This document shows positions 21,451-28,927 of a DNA stretch of 55,522 nucleotides, in pieces. Origin of the DNA: Verrucomicrobiales bacterium. Its GTDB lineage: Bacteria; Verrucomicrobiota; Verrucomicrobiia; Limisphaerales; J093. The position numbers and the translations under genes were made by a program. The notes under the pieces are model-generated. The model made no database searches, was not told where the DNA came from, and worked only from the letters and a program-made list of their open reading frames with translations. Every line of letters begins with the position of its first letter. Within the stretch, counting starts at the first letter, position 1. The stretch covers positions 15,645 through 71,166 of the forward strand of contig JBBIJZ010000005.1 in assembly GCA_037445715.1 (NCBI GenBank), read 5' to 3'.

Positions 21451-21656
21451 GGTGTCGTTTTCGATTCAAGGCTTTGCCGTTCCGTCGGCGCCGGACCGCG
21501 GCGCCGACCGGGGAGGCAGCTTAGACCGGTCGGGCGCGGGGAAAAACAGATTTTCCGTCGCCGCCCCCGGCGCGCCGGGGTGCGCGCCACCGCGGCAGGC
21601 CGGAGGCCTGCACCACAACCGCCGCCCCCGGTGCGCGGGCGACGTCCGCGGCCGGC

Positions 21657-23147
21657 TTATTGCAAGCTCAGCGGCAGGCTCTGCAAGCGGCGGGCCACCT
21701 CGGCGCCGATCTGGCTGGTGCGCTGCTGGGCGATTTCCCTGCCCAGTCGGACCAGACGGGCGGGGGGCAGGCTCTGGACCAGCGCACAGTACTGGCTGTT
21801 GACCAGGATGCCGAGCAGTTCGCCCTGCTTGCTGAAGGCCAGGTCGCCGCGCGAGGGGGAGAACTTGCCGAAAATCTTGCCCAACGGCCGGCGCTGCATC
21901 TTCAAGTAACTCGGCAGCCCGGGCACGAGCTTGAACTCGACCTCGCCGTAGTACCCTTCCTTGGCGCCGACCACCACCGCGTCCTGGAACTTGGCCGGGT
22001 CCTCGGAAACCTGAAACGGCTCGACACCCAGCGCGCGCACCGCTGCCTCGTCCAGCGGCGCGACCAGCACGCGGGGGTCAGCGGCCACAAAGGAAAGCGC
22101 GGACAGCGGCACGGTGGCGTTCCCGCGGGCGAGCGTGCAGGTCATTTCTTCCCAGTCCGGCCCGCCCGGCAGCGTCGGCAACGGCGTGTGGTGGATGTGG
22201 AACAGGGCGAAGACGCGCCCCCCGTCCTGAAACAAGACCACGTGCTCGGTGCGCTGATCGCCGGAGCGCAGCCCCAAAAGCCCGGCCCGGGTCGCGCGGA
22301 AGCTGCTGTCCAGGCGGTTTTCCAGGTAGCGCTTGTAAATCGTGTTGGGCGCCAGTTCGCGGTCCTGGCGGATTTCTTCGGCGAGCAACTGGGAGCCGGC
22401 AGCCAGGGTGTCGAGTCCCTTGGCCAGGGTGGAGGCGTGTTCGTGGAGGCGCTCGCGGTCCTGTTCGAGCGTGGTCAGGTACTGGCGGTTTTCCGCCAGC
22501 CGCTCCCGGTACTGGGCGGCCTCGGTGGCCACCTGGGCCAGGTTGGACGCCAGACGCGCCTTCTCGGCCTGGGCGGTGAGGGCGACGTTTTGGAGGGCGG
22601 CCATCTGCTCCTGGAGGCGCTGGACCTCGGCGCGCCGGGCGGCCAGCTCGGCCTGCAACGCCTCGGTGGTCGAGCGGGTGGCGTTGGCCTCGGTGGAGAC
22701 CTTGGTCAGGTCCTCCTGCAGGCGCTGGATGCGCACCTGGGCCTCGCTGCGCTGGGCCTCGAGCCGGGCCAGTTGCTGCTGGGCCTGGAGCTGGGCCTGT
22801 TGGAGGCGGTCGCGCTCGGCGGCCAGTTGCTGCGCGGTTTGTTCGGCCGCCCGCAGGCTGGCCTCGGCGGCCTGGAGTTGTTGCTCGCGCTGGGTCAACT
22901 CCTGCTGGCGCGCCTCGGCCAGTTGCCGGGTGCGGTCCAGTTGCTGGCGCAGCTCGCCCTGGGCGGACTTTTCCTGGAGCAGGGCCTGCTGGAGCACTTC
23001 GAGCATGTCCTGGACGGCCTTGACCTCGACGCCGATTTCGGCGCCGGCGCCCGGCTGGCCCATCTCCAGCGTGCGTTGCGAGCTGAACAGCGTGACCAGG
23101 CTGATCAGCAGGAAGTCCACCAGGACGACGAGGACGGCGCGGTTCAT
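21657..23147 (-). CDS. Hypothetical single-TM protein: ExbD/MotB-like TM Asp, long coiled coil, degenerate trypsin-like C-terminal domain
   Basis: N-terminus MNRAVLVVLVDFLLISLVTLF; ~220-aa Q/E/A/L/R heptad region; C-terminal ALFHIHH...PSRGDLAFSKQGELLGILVN; ATGA overlap with the upstream gene. Confidence 0.75.
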   Translation of the reverse strand: MNRAVLVVLVDFLLISLVTLFSSQRTLEMGQPGAGAEIGVEVKAVQDMLEVLQQALLQEKSAQGELRQQLDRTRQLAEARQQELTQREQQLQAAEASLRAAEQTAQQLAAERDRLQQAQLQAQQQLARLEAQRSEAQVRIQRLQEDLTKVSTEANATRSTTEALQAELAARRAEVQRLQEQMAALQNVALTAQAEKARLASNLAQVATEAAQYRERLAENRQYLTTLEQDRERLHEHASTLAKGLDTLAAGSQLLAEEIRQDRELAPNTIYKRYLENRLDSSFRATRAGLLGLRSGDQRTEHVVLFQDGGRVFALFHIHHTPLPTLPGGPDWEEMTCTLARGNATVPLSALSFVAADPRVLVAPLDEAAVRALGVEPFQVSEDPAKFQDAVVVGAKEGYYGEVEFKLVPGLPSYLKMQRRPLGKIFGKFSPSRGDLAFSKQGELLGILVNSQYCALVQSLPPARLVRLGREIAQQRTSQIGAEVARRLQSLPLSLQ

Positions 23148-24829
23148 GGCGTGGCCGGCTCGGCGGCGGTCTCCTGCGCGGCCTGAAGGATCAGGGTGCG
23201 GCGGTAGGTGCGCACGTGGATGATCTTGAGCAGGGAGGCGAACAACACGCCAAACCCGGTCGAGGCGTAGGCGATCATCGGGCTGGCGGTGAAGAGGTTC
23301 AACGCCAGCAGCACCAGGGCGAAGCCGGTGCCGCCCAGCCCGATGTACAGCCCGGTGTCGAAGAGGTTCTCCTCGTTGTCGAGCAGTTTGATCTTCAGCC
23401 GGCTGGGCAGGGGTTGACGTTTGATCTCGCGCAGCTTGATCAGGCCGATCAGGTACACGGTCATCTGCACCGCGAAGAACACGGCCAGGGCGAGCCAGTT
23501 GGCAGGGTTGCTACTCATAACTTTGGGCACGGAGGGCGCGGTCTGGGCGACCAGCGCCGGTTTCTGTTTGGAGAAAAGCCACAGGGTCGGTTCGGGCGTG
23601 GGGGTCTGGGCGCGGGCCAGACCGGGTTCGCCGAGGATCAACGCCAGCATCACCACCATCCCCGCCACGGTCTGTTGGCGCAGGGTGCGGATGCCCCGCA
23701 CTTCGAGCGGACGCTCGAGCGGGTCCGGCGGCGGGGCGAAGTGGGGAATGGCGCGCGCGATGAAAAACGCGCCGTCCAGCCAGAGCAGGTATTTGAGCAA
23801 GAGCGCCAGCAAGGTGCTTTGCGCCGCCAGGGCGACGATCCAGCCGTAGGCAAGGTCGGCACCGGGCACGGCCAGGACCCAGTCGCGCCAGCCGGCGTAA
23901 TACACCGGTTGCCCGCGGTCCAGTAGCAGGTTCAGGCCGGCCCGGCCGGCGGCCAGCCCGTGGCGCAGGTCACGCACGCCGGTTTGGGGTAGGCGGCGCA
24001 GGTACTCGCTCACCGCGTCCGGCCGGGCGGCCAGTTGCAGCGCGGCGAAAACCACCGGCAGGTCCCCGGGTTTGGCGGTGATGACCCGGGCCAGAGTGCG
24101 GGCGGCCTCCAGGTCGCGCACCCCGGGCATGAAGGCCAGCAACTGGTCCCAGCTCATGCGCTTGGCCAGCGAGGTCAAATTCAGGCACCACAACTCGAAG
24201 CGCGCCGTGTCGCCGGTGCGGTGGGCGGTGGCCGCCAATTCTTCGATCTGCTGGCGCAGGGTCGGATGAAACGCCTCGGCCTGCAACAGCAGCCCGGTCA
24301 GCAGCACCGCCGCCTCGAAGGCCTGGCCGGACGCCGACCCCACCGGCGGGTACAGGGCGGTCTCCCGCCAGGTGCGTGCCTTCAAGACTTCCTGCACGTC
24401 CGCCCGCCGCGAGGTACCCAGGGCGCGGGCCGCCGCGGCGCGCGCCCGTTCCGGCAGGAGCACCTCGATCACCGAGTCGCCCACCGGCGGTACTTCCCCG
24501 GGGGGACAACAGACCTGGCGCAAGAGGGAATTGGACCCGCCCCAGACCGCCGGCACCGGCTGTTCGCCGCGCAACCGCTGGACGGCGTAAAGCGTGGCCG
24601 TGGCTTCGGGCACTTCCGCCGCCAGGGCGGCCTGGGCCAGCAACACGGCCGTGCCCAGCTTGTCCAGCCGGGCCGCCTGCTGGGCCTCGGTCACCAGCCC
24701 GGGGCCCTGGGCCCCGGCGTGCGTGACCACGGCCGCATCCACCGAGCGCAGGTACGCGGGGACAAGCAGGGCGGCGAGCACGGCCAACAGGCCAAGCCCC
24801 GCGTAAATGCTGCCCAAAATCCGGCTCAC
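23144..24829 (-). CDS. Hypothetical polytopic membrane protein with C-terminal MotA/TolQ/ExbB-like channel helices
   Basis: About 6 hydrophobic segments; the last two read GLYIGLGGT and AYASTGFG; start GTG 24829 or ATG 24871. Confidence 0.75.
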   Translation of the reverse strand: MSRILGSIYAGLGLLAVLAALLVPAYLRSVDAAVVTHAGAQGPGLVTEAQQAARLDKLGTAVLLAQAALAAEVPEATATLYAVQRLRGEQPVPAVWGGSNSLLRQVCCPPGEVPPVGDSVIEVLLPERARAAAARALGTSRRADVQEVLKARTWRETALYPPVGSASGQAFEAAVLLTGLLLQAEAFHPTLRQQIEELAATAHRTGDTARFELWCLNLTSLAKRMSWDQLLAFMPGVRDLEAARTLARVITAKPGDLPVVFAALQLAARPDAVSEYLRRLPQTGVRDLRHGLAAGRAGLNLLLDRGQPVYYAGWRDWVLAVPGADLAYGWIVALAAQSTLLALLLKYLLWLDGAFFIARAIPHFAPPPDPLERPLEVRGIRTLRQQTVAGMVVMLALILGEPGLARAQTPTPEPTLWLFSKQKPALVAQTAPSVPKVMSSNPANWLALAVFFAVQMTVYLIGLIKLREIKRQPLPSRLKIKLLDNEENLFDTGLYIGLGGTGFALVLLALNLFTASPMIAYASTGFGVLFASLLKIIHVRTYRRTLILQAAQETAAEPATP

Positions 24830-25058
24830 GTCTTGAACAGTCCTGCCCGCGCCCGGCGACGGATCGCGCATCCGACGGCGAGGCCCCGGCGGCCATTCAC
24901 CCGCGTCCGCAGCACGTGCGTGCGCTCAGAGCCCGCGCAGCGGGACCGCTGGCGCACGGGGGCGCACGCCTCGGGTATCGCCGACGCCCCGAAGTTTGAA
25001 CCGGCCCGCGCGGCAGCGTCAAACGGCATCTGGACCGGGCCTGGGAATGCCCGTGGCT

Positions 25059-25119
25059 CCGGTAGGGCCGCGCGGCGACGTGGCCGGGAGAGCAGCGCAC
25101 GCGCAGCGGCGCCTACCGG
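25059..25119. repeat. Degenerate GTAG-type REP-like inverted repeat
   Basis: ccggtaggg ... gcctaccgg arms; a further ggtaggg follows at ~25126. Confidence 0.35.
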
Positions 25120-25274
25120 GGGTTCGGTAGGGACCAGGCTACACCGGGTTTCAGGCTTCATCCAGGTTCGCCGGTCGGGGAACTGGCAATCCGGAATGGC
25201 ACTCCCGGGCCCGGAGTCAGGCCGCCCCGCACGCCGTCATTGCCTCCCCTGCCCTGCCGGGGTTGACTGGGCGG

Positions 25275-28223
25275 GTGCAAACGCCTTTTTCCCGAAGTCT
25301 CCTTGCGGGGCTCACGGCCGGCCTGACCTGGTTCGCCGCACGGGCCGCGGATTTGCCGGTGTTTGACTTCACCGACCCCGCCCAAAACGCCCAGTGGGGC
25401 GAGCCGCATCACCTGGCCTCGCGCGTGACCACGGCCGAAGGCCTGGTGCTCACCCTCAACGGCCCGGACCCCTGGCTGATCAGCCCGCCCCGCGATTACC
25501 CCGCCGGCCAGCCATTGTGGCTGCACCTGCGCCTGCGCTCCGACCAGGGCGGCATGACGCAGGTGTTTTACTTCCCGGCCGGCGGCGCGCCCTCGGAGCC
25601 GAACTCGGTACGCTTCCACGTGCCGCCCGGCTCGTGGACCGAGGTCAAGGTGCGCCTGCCCGCGCTGGGACCGGCCCATCGGCTGCGCCTGGACCCGCCC
25701 GGGAGCAGCGGTCAATGTGTGCTGGGGCGGTTGTGGGTGAGCGCGCGGACGCAATTCGCCGCGCCCGACTGGCCGCGGCCCACGCCGCCAGAGCCCGGCG
25801 CGGACGCGGCGGTGCTGGAAAGCGGCGAGCTCAGGTTGGTCCACGCCCGCGCGCGGTGGGGTGGTTTCTGGGTGGAGGTGGCGGGCGAGCGCATGGCCGC
25901 GGGCCACAATGCGCCGCTCATCGGTTACGTCCGCGACGAGCAGCCCCGCTGGTTTCCCGTCAACGGTTCCAACGCCGTGGTGGTGGTCCAGCAGGCCGCC
26001 CGCACCCAACTGGCCGATGCCACGGTGGGCGGCACGTTGACGGCGCGGGTGACCGTGAGCGACCCGGACGGTGGCCGGTGGCAGCTCGAGCACACCTTCA
26101 AGCTTCACACCGCCGGGGCGCTGTGGGTCGAGGCGACCGCCCGCTGCGACCAGGACCGCGACGTGCTCTACCTGCCGCTGTTCACGCTTCTGCCCGGGCT
26201 GGGCCACTACGGCACCAACAAAACCCAGGCGCTGCTGGCGGGTGTCGAGTACCTCGAAAACGAACCCAGCAGCTCGACCGCCGACCTGAACCCGCCGGAT
26301 TCGAATCGCCAGGTGCCCGACACCGCCAAGCTGACCTTCCCGCTCATGGCCGTGGCCGCGCGGGAACGGTACGTGGCCCTGGCCTGGACCCAATCGCCCG
26401 GGGCGCCCACCTGCGCGGTGTTTGACACGCCCGACCGCCTGCTCCACTCGGGCGCCCAGCTCCTGGGCCTGCTGTTTCCCGGCTCGGACGGGACCCTGCG
26501 CGACGAGAGCAGCCTGGTGCCGTACGACACGGTGAGGCTGCCGGCCAACAAACCGGCGCGCGTGGCGGGGCTGTTGCTCGGCGGTCGCGGCCGGAGCGTG
26601 GTGCCGGCGGTGCAGGAATACGTGCGCCACTTCGGGCTGCCGCCGCGGCCGGAAATCCCCGGCGGCCCGGCCGCCTATTGGGAACTGGCGGCGCGCGGCT
26701 GGCTGGATTCGCAAATCCGCGACGGCAGTCTTTACCGGCACGCCACCCCCGGCTTTAACAGCGGGCCCGCCGCGGACGCGGCGCTGTACGAGGACTGGCT
26801 GGCCGGGCGCGTGGGGGACCCCACGCTGGCCGAGCGGCTGCGCGCCGCCGCCCGGGACGCCCTGGCCCGGGTCCCGCCGGCCCATTACAACCATGCCCGG
26901 GTGGGGCACGTGCGCGACCCCTCCCCCGCGCTGGTTTATGGCGCCGTGGCGGCAAACCTCGATCAGGCCGAGGCCCATGCCCGCGGGCTGCTCGGGCGGT
27001 TCGAGGCCGACGGGTTCATCCGCTACCAACCCGGAGGCGGAATCGGCGGCCTGGACTACGGCCGCACACACTGGGCGCCGGACGCCAACGGCCTGACCGC
27101 CGGCGTGCTGGCGGCGGTGCTGCAGGAGGCGGCCTTCACCGGCAACCGGGACCTGATCGCCGCCGGCCTTCGGCACCTGCGCGCGCTCACGGAGCGTTAC
27201 CGCGACAGTGTGCCCCGCGGCGCGCAGACCTGGGAAATTCCCCTGCACACGCCGGACATCCTGGCCTCGGCGTACCTGGTCCAGTGCTACGTGCTCGGCT
27301 ACGAGTTGAGCGGCGACGCCGCGTTGCTGGACCAGGCGCGCTACTGGGCCTGGACGGGCGTGCCGTTTGTGTACCTGAACGCCCCGACCGACCAGCCCGT
27401 GTGGGCCTACGCCACCATCCCGGTGCTGGGCGCCACGCAGTGGGTGGCGCCGAACTGGATCGGCCTGCCCGTGCAGTGGTGCGGTCTGGTCTATGCCGAC
27501 GCGCTCCTGCGCCTGGCCCGGCACGTGTCCGACGGCCCGTGGCGGCCCCTGGCCGAGGGCATCGTGCGCTCCGGCCTTCAGCAAACCTATCCGGCCAGCG
27601 ACCCGAAATACCTCGGGCTGCTGCCCGACAGTTTCAACCTGCGCACCCAGACCCGGAACCCGGCCAACATCAATCCGGCCACCTTGCTGGCTCCGGCCAT
27701 CGGCGCACTGGGTCAGCCGCCGTTGTACGAGTTCCGCGCGTTGCACCGGCAGGGCCTGGGCGTGCACGCGCCGGGAGAACTGCGCGATGTCGAGGAACAC
27801 GCCGACGGGCTGAAGTTCACCGTCGTCGGCTGGAGCCCGCGGCCGTACTACGTGCTGGTCACCGGCCTGCGCCAGACGCCGCAGGTGCGGCTGAACGGAC
27901 GGACGGTCCTGCTCAACGCGCCGCACGAATACCAGGCCGCGGCGGGGCGGTTGATCCTGCAGGCCAGCGGCCCGGCGCAGATTGACCTGGGGCATCCGGC
28001 GTTGGCGGCGTTGCAAATACGGCGTCTGCCCGGCGCCGCCGCCGTGCAGGTGCGCTGGCCCGCGGCCGCCGGCGCGAGCGACTTTGTGCTGGAATCCGCC
28101 GTGAGCCTGGCCGGGAACGCCCCCTGGGAGGAATGGAGGGAGGTGGTGCAGCCGGCGGGCGATCACCTGGCGGTGCAACTGACCGCGCCAGATCCCCAAC
28201 GCTGGTTCCGCCTGCGGCGTTGA
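25275..28223 (+). CDS. Large secreted hypothetical protein (beta-sandwich domains + predicted alpha/alpha barrel; putative carbohydrate-active enzyme) with Verrucomicrobia-type C-terminal domain
   Basis: Signal peptide ..ARA|A; Trp/acid-rich motifs RGAQTWEIPLHTPDI, YWAWTG.PFVY, PVQWCG..YA; tail V.W...FVLE...L...W...RWFRLRR. Confidence 0.75.
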   Translation: MQTPFSRSLLAGLTAGLTWFAARAADLPVFDFTDPAQNAQWGEPHHLASRVTTAEGLVLTLNGPDPWLISPPRDYPAGQPLWLHLRLRSDQGGMTQVFYFPAGGAPSEPNSVRFHVPPGSWTEVKVRLPALGPAHRLRLDPPGSSGQCVLGRLWVSARTQFAAPDWPRPTPPEPGADAAVLESGELRLVHARARWGGFWVEVAGERMAAGHNAPLIGYVRDEQPRWFPVNGSNAVVVVQQAARTQLADATVGGTLTARVTVSDPDGGRWQLEHTFKLHTAGALWVEATARCDQDRDVLYLPLFTLLPGLGHYGTNKTQALLAGVEYLENEPSSSTADLNPPDSNRQVPDTAKLTFPLMAVAARERYVALAWTQSPGAPTCAVFDTPDRLLHSGAQLLGLLFPGSDGTLRDESSLVPYDTVRLPANKPARVAGLLLGGRGRSVVPAVQEYVRHFGLPPRPEIPGGPAAYWELAARGWLDSQIRDGSLYRHATPGFNSGPAADAALYEDWLAGRVGDPTLAERLRAAARDALARVPPAHYNHARVGHVRDPSPALVYGAVAANLDQAEAHARGLLGRFEADGFIRYQPGGGIGGLDYGRTHWAPDANGLTAGVLAAVLQEAAFTGNRDLIAAGLRHLRALTERYRDSVPRGAQTWEIPLHTPDILASAYLVQCYVLGYELSGDAALLDQARYWAWTGVPFVYLNAPTDQPVWAYATIPVLGATQWVAPNWIGLPVQWCGLVYADALLRLARHVSDGPWRPLAEGIVRSGLQQTYPASDPKYLGLLPDSFNLRTQTRNPANINPATLLAPAIGALGQPPLYEFRALHRQGLGVHAPGELRDVEEHADGLKFTVVGWSPRPYYVLVTGLRQTPQVRLNGRTVLLNAPHEYQAAAGRLILQASGPAQIDLGHPALAALQIRRLPGAAAVQVRWPAAAGASDFVLESAVSLAGNAPWEEWREVVQPAGDHLAVQLTAPDPQRWFRLRR

Positions 28224-28270
28224 GGCCACGTCCGGCGGACCTTTCCCGGCGCGGGCAGGAGCGCGTTCGG

Positions 28271-28924
28271 CTACGGAGCGGTTTCCAGCCAACCCTGTTG
28301 GCGGGCGTATTGGACCATCTCGACGCGACTGCGCAGGCCGACCTTTTCGGCGATGCGCTGGCGGTAGGTCTCGACCGTTTTGACGCTGAGCCCCAGTTTG
28401 TCGGCCACTTCCTTGTTGGCGTAGCCCCAGGCCAGCAGCCGGAGCACCTGCGTTTCCCGCTCGCTCAGTTCGCGCGCGCCGGTCGCCGGGCCGGCCGGCG
28501 TCAGGAGCTCCTGTTGCAGGGCTTTGGCCGTCAGGGCGGGATCAAACCAGGTTTGCCCGGCCGCCACCGTGCGGATGGCGTCCAGGAGCCGCTCCGCGGC
28601 GGAGCGTTTGAGGATGAAACCGTGGGCGCCGGCCTGCACCGCCCCGGTCAGGTAGCTGGCGTCCTCATGCATGGTCAGCACGATGAGGCGTAGCTGGGGG
28701 AACTCGGCCTTCAGCCGTCGGGTGGCTGCCAACCCGTCCATCCCGGGCATGGAGAGATCCACCACCACCAGATCCGGCTTGTGGGTGCGGACCAGCTCGA
28801 GCAGTTCGGCCCCGTTGCCGGCCTGGCCCACCACTTGGAGACCGCGCTGCTTGCTGACCAGCAGGGCGAGCCCCTGGCGGAGGAGGGTGTGGTCGTCGGC
28901 CAGAATGATGCGCAGGTCCGGCAT
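28271..28924 (-). CDS. NarL/FixJ (LuxR-HTH) response regulator
   Basis: IILADDH, DLVVVDLSMPGMDG, LSERE.QVL.L.A.G..NKEVA..L.LS.KTVETY. Confidence 0.95.
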   Translation of the reverse strand: MPDLRIILADDHTLLRQGLALLVSKQRGLQVVGQAGNGAELLELVRTHKPDLVVVDLSMPGMDGLAATRRLKAEFPQLRLIVLTMHEDASYLTGAVQAGAHGFILKRSAAERLLDAIRTVAAGQTWFDPALTAKALQQELLTPAGPATGARELSERETQVLRLLAWGYANKEVADKLGLSVKTVETYRQRIAEKVGLRSRVEMVQYARQQGWLETAP

Positions 28925-28927
28925 GGC

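Noticed and set aside
21484-21580. GC hairpins between the motor pair and gnd
   Set aside because: No U-tract, and such stems are frequent by chance at this GC; not called as terminators
21657-24829. Zorya (ZorAB) defence system or standard ExbBD/TolQR call
   Set aside because: No OmpA-like or ExbD periplasmic domain; the coiled coil is on the B-like rather than the A-like subunit; no zorC/D/E, tonB or tolAB neighbours
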